The notes under the pieces were generated by a model that worked only from the letters and a program-made list of their open reading frames with translations, did no database searches and was not told where the DNA came from. 38,808 nucleotides of DNA. It comes from Thermoplasmata archaeon (lineage in GTDB: Archaea; Thermoplasmatota; Thermoplasmata; Lutacidiplasmatales; UBA184). Shown here piece after piece: positions 27,298-36,234 of the stretch. The first letter of the stretch is position 1. Each line of letters begins with the position of its first letter. The stretch covers positions 1-38,808 of the forward strand of contig JAGWLG010000035.1 in NCBI GenBank assembly GCA_028864975.1, written 5' to 3'. The position numbers were made by a program, and so were the translations under genes.

Positions 27298-27552
27298 TCA
27301 CTTCAGGAGATAGTAGCCCGCGGCCTTCTCGCGGACCTTGCGGGTCGCGAAACCCTTGTTCTGGAGGTCCTGGAGCGCGCCCTGGACCATCCCCTTGGGG
27401 AGCTTGCAGGTCTGGGTGATGCGCTCCATCGTGCCCATCTTGGCCTCGTTCGTGAGACCGAGTTCCTTCATGGCCTTGTAGACCTTGAGCGTGTTCCCGG
27501 AAAGTTCGTCCGTGATCGAGGGAGCCTGCTCCCCGAATCCGTATTCCTCCAT
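27298..27552 (-). CDS. Small winged-helix DNA-binding protein
   Basis: 84 aa from ATG 27552; KVYKAMKEL...TMERITQTCKLPKGMVQGALQDLQNKGF..R....GYYLL wHTH pattern. Confidence 0.8.
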   Translation of the reverse strand: MEEYGFGEQAPSITDELSGNTLKVYKAMKELGLTNEAKMGTMERITQTCKLPKGMVQGALQDLQNKGFATRKVREKAAGYYLLK

Positions 27553-27642
27553 CGTCGTGCGCCTCGCGCGTTCTCCCCGAGCAACGGTGAGGGATTTAAC
27601 GTAGCCCTGCCCGCGCCTCCTGGCGATCCCCGAGGAGCGTAT

Positions 27643-28359
27643 ATGGCACGGGTGGAGGACCACGAGTCGGTCGAGGGGTGCGCGCTCCCGAGCAAACTCC
27701 TCTACGACCTCGAATTGGATGTCTGGGCTCGACCCGGAGGAGACGGCCGCCTGCTGACCTTCGGCATCATGTCGCCCCTGGCGTCGTTCGCGGGGAAGTT
27801 CCTGGAGGTCTCCTTCCGTCGGATCGAAGGAGCGCTCACGCGCGGTCAGAGCGTCGCGACGATCGTGAGCGCACGTTTCACGGGAGCCGTTCGCGTCCCC
27901 GCGGGAGGGCAGATCGTCGAGCGCAATCCGGAGCTATCGCAGCGTCCGAAGCTTCTCAACAACGACCCTTACGGACAGGGCTGGGTCGCGACGGTCGATC
28001 TGGGGGGATCGGCCCCCCTCCCTCCCACGCTCCGAGACGCCTCCCACGTGCGGGAGGAGGTCGCGCGGAAGGTCCGCGAGATGCACATCCGCTGCTATCC
28101 CGCCGTCCCCGACGTCGAGCTCTTCGAGATCGGGAGCGAGTGTTCCGCAGTGCTCGCTCACCTCGACGACGAGGTCGCCCGGCGTGCTCCCGAGGAAGTG
28201 ATCCTCCTTGTCGCGGACGATCCGACCGCCCCCATCGAGCTGGAACGATGGCGGATGAGGACCGGCCACAGTATCCTTCATTGGAGGAAGGAGGAGAACC
28301 TCTACCACTTCCTGGTCCGACGGGAGCGAGCGCCCCGACCTTCTCGTCCCTCCCCCTGA
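27643..28359 (+). CDS. Fusion of glycine-cleavage H-protein-like domain (lipoyl Lys replaced by Arg) and TusA/SirA-like sulfur-carrier domain
   Basis: H-like: LLY...DVWA...TFGI, GQSVATIVSARF, NPEL..RP.LLNNDPYGQGW. TusA-like: IGSECS...LLVADDPTAPIELERW...YHFLVRR. SD GAGGAG. Confidence 0.85.
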   Translation: MARVEDHESVEGCALPSKLLYDLELDVWARPGGDGRLLTFGIMSPLASFAGKFLEVSFRRIEGALTRGQSVATIVSARFTGAVRVPAGGQIVERNPELSQRPKLLNNDPYGQGWVATVDLGGSAPLPPTLRDASHVREEVARKVREMHIRCYPAVPDVELFEIGSECSAVLAHLDDEVARRAPEEVILLVADDPTAPIELERWRMRTGHSILHWRKEENLYHFLVRRERAPRPSRPSP

Positions 28360-28420
28360 CCGTCCCGCCTCGCCCTCGCGGGGCGCGAGGACCAAGTACC
28401 AGCTCCTGCTCCTGCAGGGG

Positions 28421-29098
28421 ATGGAGGTCCGCGCCTACCGCCCTCGCGACGCCAAGGCCTGCGTGGAGCTGTTTCACCAGTTGACGGAGGTTCACCGTAA
28501 GCTCTACGACGACCCGACGATCGGCAGCAAGGACCCGGCGAGGAGCTTCCGCGCCCAGCTGCGCGAACACGGGCCGGGCAACAGCTGGGTCGCGGTGCAC
28601 CGAGGGCGCGTCGTCGGGCTCACCGGGCTGGTCCCGCATCGCGGGTGGAGCTTGATCGAACCCGTCGTGGTGCTGGAAGGGTTTCGACGGCGCGGGGTGG
28701 CGAGGCTCCTCATCACGACCGTGGTCGAAGAGGCCCGCCGACGTCACTTGGACGCCCTACTGATCAAACCGGTCGCCCGGAACACCGCGGCCCTGCGGAC
28801 CTTCCACGCACTCGGGTTCCGGGCGCTGGGACAGGTCGAGCTTCTCATGCCTCTGCGGGGGAAGGGGTGGTTCAAGCCCGTCCCGGGACCGACCCTGGCA
28901 GGTCGCCGTTTCCAGAGGTGGGGCCCAGCCTCATGGTGGGGGAGCTCGGCCCCAGTGCCGCCCCGCCCGGGAGACGAAGCTCGGGACCCGACGCGTGACC
29001 GGCCCCTGAGCCCTGGCGGCCCAGGCGCCGAACAGGTTCAGGGGCGCTCGATCGGGCTGCGGATCTGGTTCCCCCACTCGGTCCAGGACCCGTCGTAG
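28421..29098 (+). CDS. GNAT family N-acetyltransferase
   Basis: Acetyl-CoA motif VVVLEGFRRRGVARLLI, N..AL..F..LGF; low-complexity C-terminus overlaps the convergent gene. Confidence 0.82.
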   Translation: MEVRAYRPRDAKACVELFHQLTEVHRKLYDDPTIGSKDPARSFRAQLREHGPGNSWVAVHRGRVVGLTGLVPHRGWSLIEPVVVLEGFRRRGVARLLITTVVEEARRRHLDALLIKPVARNTAALRTFHALGFRALGQVELLMPLRGKGWFKPVPGPTLAGRRFQRWGPASWWGSSAPVPPRPGDEARDPTRDRPLSPGGPGAEQVQGRSIGLRIWFPHSVQDPS

Positions 29099-29907
29099 TT
29101 GCGGACGTTCGGGTAGCCCAGGAGGTACTTCAGAACGAACCAGCTGTGGCTCGAGCGTTCGCCGATCCGGCAGTACGTGATGACCTCCTTCTCGGGGGTC
29201 ACGCCCTTCGACGTGTAGAGCTTCTCGAGCTCTGCCCGGCTCTTGAACGTCCCGTTCTCGTTCACGGCCTGGGCCCAGGGGATGTTCGTGGCGCCGGGGA
29301 TGTGGCCGCCGCGCTGGGCATGCTCGGTAGGATACTCGGGCGGCGCGGTCACCTCTCCGGTGAACTCCTTGGGCCCGCGCACGTCGACCAGCACCTCGCT
29401 TCCCGCCTTCACTTTCGGAAGGACGTCCCGCACGTAGTCGTGGAAGACCCGAAGTTTCTCGTCGGTCGGGTCGAGTCGTGGGGTCGCTGCGGGATAGGAG
29501 GGCACCTCCTTCGTCAGAGGCCGGTCCTCCTCGATCCACTTCTTCCGGCCCCCGTTGATGAGTCGGACGTCCTTCACGCCGTGGTGCGTCAGGACCCAGA
29601 AGGCGAAGGCGGCGAACCAGTTGTTGAAGTCCCCATAGAGCAGGAGGGTCGTCCCGGGACCGACTCCGGCCCTGGTGAGGAGGGCCGCGACCCCCTCGCG
29701 CGAGAGGATGTCTCTTCGGACCGGGTCGTTGATGTCCTTCCTCCAATCGAAGAGAACAGCCCCGGGCAGGTGTCCCAGAGCGTAGTTCGCCGAGGGGTCG
29801 TAGTCGACCTCGGCGATGCGCAGGCGGGGGTCGGCGAGATGTTCGGCGACCCAGGCGGTCTCGACCAAGGTCTCGGGGTGGGCGTAGTTCTTCTCCGGTG
29901 GCGTCAT
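29038..29907 (-). CDS. Tandem-domain rhodanese (thiosulfate/3-mercaptopyruvate sulfurtransferase)
   Basis: Y..GHLPGAV, LVDVRGPKEFTG, GHIPGA, active-site YCRIGERSS, YDGSWTEWG; start ATG 29907. Confidence 0.95.
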   Translation of the reverse strand: MTPPEKNYAHPETLVETAWVAEHLADPRLRIAEVDYDPSANYALGHLPGAVLFDWRKDINDPVRRDILSREGVAALLTRAGVGPGTTLLLYGDFNNWFAAFAFWVLTHHGVKDVRLINGGRKKWIEEDRPLTKEVPSYPAATPRLDPTDEKLRVFHDYVRDVLPKVKAGSEVLVDVRGPKEFTGEVTAPPEYPTEHAQRGGHIPGATNIPWAQAVNENGTFKSRAELEKLYTSKGVTPEKEVITYCRIGERSSHSWFVLKYLLGYPNVRNYDGSWTEWGNQIRSPIERP

Positions 29908-30006
29908 GGTGCCTCGGAGGTCCCGAACCCGTTCGGCCATATAAGTGATGCTACGTATGTAACATCCCACCTGCGCTTCGCGTTGCACGTCGCGTTCAGC
30001 GCGCGG

Positions 30007-31059
30007 TCACATGAGGGGTGCGTGGCAGCGCGTGCAAAGCGCAGAGCCCACGGGATTGAGGTGCCCGCATGCACGACAGGACGTTCGGTTCGAGACCACC
30101 GAAGCGCCCGCGTACGCCAGAGCGGGGACCATCTCCCGACCATCGGAGGTGAGGGGTACCATCGCGGAGGAGGCTCCGCCCGGACCCAGGGCCGCTCTCC
30201 CGGGCGAGGACGGGGCTCCCCAGGCCGAAGGTGCGTACGAGCGGGGAGCGCCCGAGGAGGTCCCCTCCTGGCGGGACGAGAGGTAGAGGGCCCCGCCCAA
30301 GAGCGCGAACAGCGCGGAGACGAGCGAGGCGTACCAGCCGAGTCCCGCACCCCAGGTCGCCTGGTAGGTGTAGGCGTAGTATGAGCCCTGGGAGTAGGTA
30401 CACGAGGCCCAGAAAGTACCGTTAGGGGTGTTGGCTCCGCAGTCCTGGGCCTGAGGCCCCAGGAAGTAGTACGAGGGCCCCTGAGAGGGGTCGGTGGCGC
30501 TCACCCCGGTCACGAGCCCGGGTTGCAGGGTCAGGAGCACCGCCGGGGCGAGCAGGGCCATGATGCCGATGAAGAGGGCCAGCAGGTGGGTCGTGTGAAA
30601 GTGCCAGCGCCCCCATCCCCGTCCCGCGGCACCCATGATCATGAAGACCGCCGTCAGAAGCCCCAGCACCGCCGCCAGGATCGAGGTCACGTGCATCAGC
30701 ACGTAGACGCCTCCGAGCGAGGGGAGGCCGCCCGTGGCGTATCCCCAGTTGGTCGCGCTGTTGTCGCAGGGCCCTCCGTAGGAGTAGCCGTAGGTCCCCG
30801 AGCAGCTGATGTAGCTGGTCGACCCCGGGGAGAAGAGCAGCGAGTCGGTGGCCACCGCGGTGCCGCTGGAGTTGGTGACCGAGACCGTGTCGTACCACCA
30901 GGGGGAGACCGCCGCGGTGATGGCCAGCGCGAAGGAGAGGAAGAGCAGGGCGGCGGCGGTCCATCGGCGCCCAGAACCACGACGTCCCCCCTCCCTCCGT
31001 CCATACGCCGGCGGAGGGGGAGCTGGGGGAGGTGTCACCGCGCCGTTCCAAGAGGCCAT
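30007..31059 (-). CDS. Tetraspan (claudin/PMP22-like pattern) membrane protein with C-terminal zinc ribbon
   Basis: 4 TM; SPWW after TM1, Cys pairs in both loops, WGAGLGWY before TM4; CRACG..N......CTRC; perfect SD GGTGAGG. Confidence 0.7.
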   Translation of the reverse strand: MASWNGAVTPPPAPPPPAYGRREGGRRGSGRRWTAAALLFLSFALAITAAVSPWWYDTVSVTNSSGTAVATDSLLFSPGSTSYISCSGTYGYSYGGPCDNSATNWGYATGGLPSLGGVYVLMHVTSILAAVLGLLTAVFMIMGAAGRGWGRWHFHTTHLLALFIGIMALLAPAVLLTLQPGLVTGVSATDPSQGPSYYFLGPQAQDCGANTPNGTFWASCTYSQGSYYAYTYQATWGAGLGWYASLVSALFALLGGALYLSSRQEGTSSGAPRSYAPSAWGAPSSPGRAALGPGGASSAMVPLTSDGREMVPALAYAGASVVSNRTSCRACGHLNPVGSALCTRCHAPLM

Positions 31060-31232
31060 GGGACCTCACCAGCAGGGGTCATGCCCCCCATAATCTCTGC
31101 GGCGGGACGCCACCGCGTTCCTGGCGGAGGGGGACCTCCCACAGTACGGCGAACGACCTCGCGTCCCCCCCTGAGGGGGCGATGGGGGGGATCCCCCCTT
31201 TCGGGGTACCCCGGTCTCTCCGCACTTCCTGG

Positions 31233-31817
31233 CTATCGGAGCGCCTCGAGCTGCCGTCGGAGCTCGCTGTCGGTCCGCACCCGGCTGAGCTCCAGGTCTC
31301 TCAGGGCCTCCGAGAGATCGCCCTCGGTGTAGACCCCTTCGAACACCGAAGGGAACGCCCCTCGGAGCGCAAGGGCCTCGGCGACCTCGGCGAGCATCGT
31401 GTCCGGCTCGGAAGCCCATCGGCCGAGCGGCTCTCCCTCCTCGATGCGCGGGGACCGCTCGTGCCAGAAGGCGGTCCGGACGACCCCTCGCTCGAGGTCG
31501 GTCCGGCGGACGCGGACCGTCGCGGCCGCCGGCACCCCTTGCCCGTCGCGCACGAACTCCGGCAGCTCCGTTCCCACGAACTTGCCGGTCCGCTCGGCCA
31601 AGCTGCGCAAGAGGCCGATCGGGAGGACCACGACCATGCCCGCCCGCTCCCCGGAGCTGTCGATCAGCGAGGCCACCCGCACCTCCTTCGGATCGAAGCG
31701 ATGCTTCTCGGCGAACGCGCCCAAGAACGAACGCTCCTCTGGCGAGATCGCCGGGTCCTCGAGGCCCCGGAGCGTTCCCAGCCGTGCCGGTGCGAGCTGG
31801 GGCGCCTCCTCGGTCAT
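31233..31817 (-). CDS. RecT/Red-beta (Bet)-like single-strand annealing protein core
   Basis: IGLLRSLAERTGKF.G, W...PDTMLAEVAEALALRGAFP...GVYTEGD resemble Bet-family motifs; start ATG 31817. Confidence 0.65.
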   Translation of the reverse strand: MTEEAPQLAPARLGTLRGLEDPAISPEERSFLGAFAEKHRFDPKEVRVASLIDSSGERAGMVVVLPIGLLRSLAERTGKFVGTELPEFVRDGQGVPAAATVRVRRTDLERGVVRTAFWHERSPRIEEGEPLGRWASEPDTMLAEVAEALALRGAFPSVFEGVYTEGDLSEALRDLELSRVRTDSELRRQLEALR

Positions 31818-31932
31818 TGACCCCCATAACGTGGAGGAAGGGCATGAGCCTGACGCGCGCGAAAGGTGACGGCCCGTGGCCGCAGGAGCGAAGGCTATCT
31901 GCGGGAGCGCTCCCCGATGACCTAGAGGACTC

Positions 31933-32625
31933 TTGACGAAGGACGAGGCCGGGGCGGGCCCTGCCACCGCCCGGTTGAACATCCTCGAGCTCCCCTGCCC
32001 GAACTGTGGGGAGGTCCTGCGCCATCGGGTGCTCCACGTCAAGGGACACGCCAAGGCGCCTGCACCGGGCACGCTCGAAGGGATCGCGCGTTGCATGCGA
32101 TGCCACACCTCCCACCCCTTCGGCGTCTCCCCTCGCGTGTTGGACAGGGTATCGGTGATGGTGAGCGAGGGGCCGCAGTCGCTGCGGTCCCACGTCGACC
32201 TCCCGGCCGACCGTGTGTTGGATCTGGAGGGGACCCTGCGCGTGGACGGTCGCCCCGTCCGCATCGCCAGGATCGAAGGGCGCGAGGCGCGGAACCTCCC
32301 TCGCGCCCGTCCGAGGGACATCGTGGCCTTGTGGACCGTCCCGACCGACGAGCTTCACCTGCGTCTCTCGGTGGTCGAGGGGGCCCGGACCCGGCCGCTC
32401 CACCTTCTCGTCCCGGGGCGCCACGAGCTTCGCGTGGGCGACGTACTGGAGGTGGAAGGGGAGAACATCGAGATCACGGGGCTGCGGGGGCGGGGCAGGA
32501 CCTTCCACGACCCTGGTGCGATGCTCCCCGCGCGAGAAGTGCAGCGGATCTACGGACGCACCGCACGGACCCCGCCGGGGGGGAAGAGGGCCTGGAGCCG
32601 TTCCCGAGAGACCCCCAGGTCCTGA
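31933..32625 (+). CDS. HVO_0476-like archaeal zinc-finger protein
   Basis: CPNC...H.VL...C..C..SH followed by two repeated beta modules (VSVMVSEG...; LRLSVVEG...VGDVL); TTG start after AGAGGA. Confidence 0.7.
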   Translation: MTKDEAGAGPATARLNILELPCPNCGEVLRHRVLHVKGHAKAPAPGTLEGIARCMRCHTSHPFGVSPRVLDRVSVMVSEGPQSLRSHVDLPADRVLDLEGTLRVDGRPVRIARIEGREARNLPRARPRDIVALWTVPTDELHLRLSVVEGARTRPLHLLVPGRHELRVGDVLEVEGENIEITGLRGRGRTFHDPGAMLPAREVQRIYGRTARTPPGGKRAWSRSRETPRS

Positions 32626-34535
32626 GCGACCTTTCGCTCGACCTCGTCGCGTTCCCGTTCGTCGCCGGGAAGGACCCTCCAGAGCACCTTCCGTCGCTCC
32701 CCCTGGAAGCTCTCGGGGGGGGCGACCTGGAGCAGCAGTTCTCCCTCGTGCTCGAGCGTCCCTAGCGCGAGCTCCAGGGGGAGGTCCTTCTCGAAGTGCT
32801 TCGTCCCGTGGATGACCCAGGAGCCGCGGGCGACGAACTCCCCGCTCGCCCCCGCTTTCGAGACGTTCTCCCCCTCCACCCAGAAGGCGTCGGCCGAGGC
32901 GAGCCCCGCACGCCACGCCTTCGAGCAGGCGACGCCCCACTGCGCGACCTCCCGCAGGGTCCGCTCTCCGACGTCCCCCTGGCCGGGGACGGAGCGCTTG
33001 AGCACCACGCTGGGGGCCCCCTGGAGGTCGGCGTGGAAGTAGAGGTCGTGTTCCCGGAGGTAGCGCTTGACCACGGCGTCGTTCGACTTGGCGTCCCGGC
33101 CCGCGACCGCCACCCATCCCTCCGAAGAGACCATCCACCGAGGGGCCCGCTCGAACCAGAAGTGCTTCCTTCGCGGCGTCGCCCAAGGTCGCAGCACCGC
33201 ACGTTGCTCGGCCTCCACTCGCTCGCTCCTCCCCTGGGCCTCGGTCGCCGCTTGGGCCTCCTCGAGCGCCGCCAGCTTCCGCTCGGTCTCGGTGAGCGCA
33301 TGACGCGCGCCCTCCAGCTTGGGGAGGCGTCGCTTCGCCTGGTCGAAGAGCGCTTGGGCGCTCTCACGAAGGGGGCGCCACCCGGGAAGCCGGATGGCCC
33401 GGCCCTCCAGGGAGATCTCCACCTCCACCTCGTCAGGGGCGGCGCTCCGGGCCTGCTCGAGCCGTCCCTCGGCCTCCTCGTATCGGGTCAGAAGGAGCTG
33501 CGCGGTGCCTTGCTCGTCGGACATGGCGCGGGTCAGCTCCTCCACGGCCGCGGTCTGCTGGGCTCTCAGGCGAAGAAGGGTCGCTCGCTCCTCCGCCACG
33601 AGGTCCGCTTCGGTCGGCTTTGCTCCCGGCACCGGCGCTGCCGGGGCGGGAAGCTCGGCGAAGTAGACAGCGGCCGCTTCGGAGAAGCGGGCGAATGCTT
33701 CCAACGACACGCCCGGGACCGAACCCCATCGCCGGGACGGGAAGGGGGTCGCGTCCAGGGGTGCGGGGAGGTCGGGTGAGCGGAGAAGGTGGCCTTGGGG
33801 AGGGTCGGCGATGTCGCCCAAGAGCGACCCCATCGCCTGCACGATCCGCTCCGCCGAGGGCTCGGCTTCCGAGGTCGCGGGAACCCTCTCCTCGAGCCCC
33901 GCTCGGGCCAGGACCTCCTCGGCGACCGGGCCGCCCATCCCGAGTCGGGCTGCGAGCGTGCTGACCCGGTCCGTCCGGGAGCGGACGAGGGCCGCCATCA
34001 CCTCACCCGCCGAGAGTCGGAAAGGGTCCTTCCTCGCCGGAGGGCGAACGTAGGGTCGGCCGGCCCGCAGCTGTCGCCCCGCCCATGCGCGCGCATGGAG
34101 CAAGGCCATGATCTTCCCACGTCGGACGAGCAGGACGTTCCCTTGACCGAAGAGCTCGAAGGCCAGGACCGCAGGGGTCTCCTCCCCCCCTCGGCCGAAG
34201 GAGAGTTCGAGGTAGCGCTCCCCTTCGGGCTGCTCCACGGACAGCAGGGGGGCGCCGGTGAGGTGTTGGCGAAGGTCCTTCCCCAGCCGTCCGGGCTCCT
34301 CCGGCCGTTCTCGGGACGACGGGAGCAGGGTCGCGAAGCGCCCCGGAGCGACCAGAAGGTCCCACTTTCCCCGGTCCTGGGCCTTCAGGCTGACCAGCAC
34401 GCGGTCCCCTGGCAGCGAGAAGGCCTTGTCGAACCAGCACCGACCGAGGGCACGGATCTCGCGGACCAGGGCGAGGGTGTCGAGGGACGAGAACCCCTCC
34501 TTGGCGGTCGGCCGGGTCGAGGGGCTCGCAGGCAA
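32550..34535 (-). CDS. rqcH: Ribosome quality control protein RqcH/Rqc2 (NFACT family)
   Basis: SSLD N-terminus, ELFGQGNVLL, coiled-coil, WFER...SSEGW..VAGRDAKSND..VKRY..EHDLYFHAD..GAP, GEFVARGSWVIHG. Confidence 0.9.
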   Translation of the reverse strand: MPASPSTRPTAKEGFSSLDTLALVREIRALGRCWFDKAFSLPGDRVLVSLKAQDRGKWDLLVAPGRFATLLPSSRERPEEPGRLGKDLRQHLTGAPLLSVEQPEGERYLELSFGRGGEETPAVLAFELFGQGNVLLVRRGKIMALLHARAWAGRQLRAGRPYVRPPARKDPFRLSAGEVMAALVRSRTDRVSTLAARLGMGGPVAEEVLARAGLEERVPATSEAEPSAERIVQAMGSLLGDIADPPQGHLLRSPDLPAPLDATPFPSRRWGSVPGVSLEAFARFSEAAAVYFAELPAPAAPVPGAKPTEADLVAEERATLLRLRAQQTAAVEELTRAMSDEQGTAQLLLTRYEEAEGRLEQARSAAPDEVEVEISLEGRAIRLPGWRPLRESAQALFDQAKRRLPKLEGARHALTETERKLAALEEAQAATEAQGRSERVEAEQRAVLRPWATPRRKHFWFERAPRWMVSSEGWVAVAGRDAKSNDAVVKRYLREHDLYFHADLQGAPSVVLKRSVPGQGDVGERTLREVAQWGVACSKAWRAGLASADAFWVEGENVSKAGASGEFVARGSWVIHGTKHFEKDLPLELALGTLEHEGELLLQVAPPESFQGERRKVLWRVLPGDERERDEVERKVAQDLGVSRERLQALFPPGGVRAVRP

Positions 34536-34589
34536 GGCTTTCTCCCAAGCGCCGCAGAGGCTTTAGCGGAAGGACCTTTCGAGTCGGCC

Positions 34590-35795
34590 GTGTCGCAGGC
34601 GTCCCGTGCACCCAGGTCCCCCGGGCCTTCGGCCGACCACGCTCGCGATGCCGATGCGGGTAGCGCTCTCTCGTGGCCCGAGCGCGCGCGCGAGTTCTGC
34701 CGGGTGGAGGTCGCCCCGCATCTGCGGGAATGGGACCGACAGGACCGCATGTCGGAGCGCTTCGTGCGCACCTTCGCGCAAGCGGGCTTCTTGGGCCTCA
34801 CGATCTCGAAGGAGCACGGCGGGCAAGGGCTCTCGACGCTCGAGTTCGCTCAGGTGATGGAGGAGCTCGCCGTGGGGAGCGGAGCCGCGGCCACGATGAT
34901 GGCCGTGGACCTCTCGGTCGTCGCAGGTCCCATCGACCAATGGGGTTCGGAGGAGCAGCGTCGGGAGTTCCTGCCCCGGATCGCGAGAGGGGAGTGGATC
35001 GGGTCGTTCGGTCTCACCGAACCCTCGGTCGGGTCGGACTCCCAGCACCTGTCGACCCGCTATGCCCGGGACGGGGACGCTTGGGTCGTGAACGGGACGA
35101 AGATGTTCATCACCAACGCCGCCTCGGCGGAGGTCGTCCTGGTCTTCGCGACCAAGGACCCGAAACTCGAGGCGCGGGGCATCAGCTGCCTGCTCGTACG
35201 GAAGGGCGCCGCGGGGTTCTCCGTGGCCCAGCGCCTGGACAAGCTCGGGATCCGAGGGTCCGAGACGATGGAGCTCGTCTTCGAGAACTGCAGGGTCCCT
35301 GCGTCCTCCCTCCTGGGGAAGGAAGGCGACGGGTTCAAGATCGCCATGACCGCGCTCGAGGGAGGGAGGATCGGCATCGCGGCATGCTCGCTCGGGATCG
35401 CGCGAGCAGCGTTAGAGGAGACGATCCGCTGCCTCCCGTCCCCCGCCGAGGACTGGCAGAGGGCGGCGGTGGCCCGCATGTTCGTGGACGTGGAAGCCTC
35501 GAGAGCCTTGGTGGAGAAAGCCGCCAGGATGCGCGACCAGCGCCAGGATTTCGCGGGCGCCGCCTCGGCGGCAAAGCTCTTCGCCTCTCAGGCGGCCTTC
35601 CGTGTCGCTTCCAAGGGGCTCGAGCTGGTCGGCCGCTCGGCCTTCGACCGGGACTCGCCTTGCCAACTGGAGCAGCTCTTCCGCGATTCCCGGGTCCTGA
35701 CCATCGTCGAAGGTACGACCGAGATCCAAGAGCTCATCCTGGGTCGCAGGCTCCTCGGGCGAGAGGTCCCGCCGCGGGCGGGGAACGGCGGGTAG
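34590..35795 (+). CDS. Acyl-CoA dehydrogenase
   Basis: FGLTEPSVGSD, NGTKMFITN, KLGIRGS.T, GGRIGIAA, IVEGTTEIQ; GTG 24 nt after ctttag. Confidence 0.95.
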   Translation: MSQASRAPRSPGPSADHARDADAGSALSWPERAREFCRVEVAPHLREWDRQDRMSERFVRTFAQAGFLGLTISKEHGGQGLSTLEFAQVMEELAVGSGAAATMMAVDLSVVAGPIDQWGSEEQRREFLPRIARGEWIGSFGLTEPSVGSDSQHLSTRYARDGDAWVVNGTKMFITNAASAEVVLVFATKDPKLEARGISCLLVRKGAAGFSVAQRLDKLGIRGSETMELVFENCRVPASSLLGKEGDGFKIAMTALEGGRIGIAACSLGIARAALEETIRCLPSPAEDWQRAAVARMFVDVEASRALVEKAARMRDQRQDFAGAASAAKLFASQAAFRVASKGLELVGRSAFDRDSPCQLEQLFRDSRVLTIVEGTTEIQELILGRRLLGREVPPRAGNGG

Positions 35796-35805
35796 TCCCT
35801 CCGGC

Positions 35806-36099
35806 TCAAGGGGTCCCGAGCCGGCGGGAGACCTGGATCGCGCTCGAGAACTCGAGCTCGGCGGTCTGCCGACCGACCACCTTTCCCGCGCTGTACGCCA
35901 GGACCGCACCCAGGACCGCCACCACCGCCGAAGCCAGCACGGAGAGCTCCGGATGTCCGGACCGGAAGGCCCACACCCAGGGAGTGGAGAGCGAGGTCGA
36001 GGAGAGGACCGTGGCGAGGACCCACCCGACGACCCAGCCGATGACGCCAAGGACAAGGAGCAAGCCCGCCACGAGACGGGCGCGAGGATGAGCGGACAT
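35806..36099 (-). CDS. Small 2-TM membrane protein
   Basis: 97 aa from ATG 36099, two hydrophobic helices; TTTACT ~25 nt upstream. Confidence 0.65.
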   Translation of the reverse strand: MSAHPRARLVAGLLLVLGVIGWVVGWVLATVLSSTSLSTPWVWAFRSGHPELSVLASAVVAVLGAVLAYSAGKVVGRQTAELEFSSAIQVSRRLGTP

Positions 36100-36234
36100 G
36101 TTTTTTCGAGGGAGCCTGGGCAGTAAAGCGTTTCCGAGACCTCGAGGGAACGAGGTCAAAGAGGTTGCTGGGCACGTCGCCGCGGGGCACACGGTAGCCG
36201 CGTACCTCTTACGCCGAGGGCGGGTCGAGCCCAC

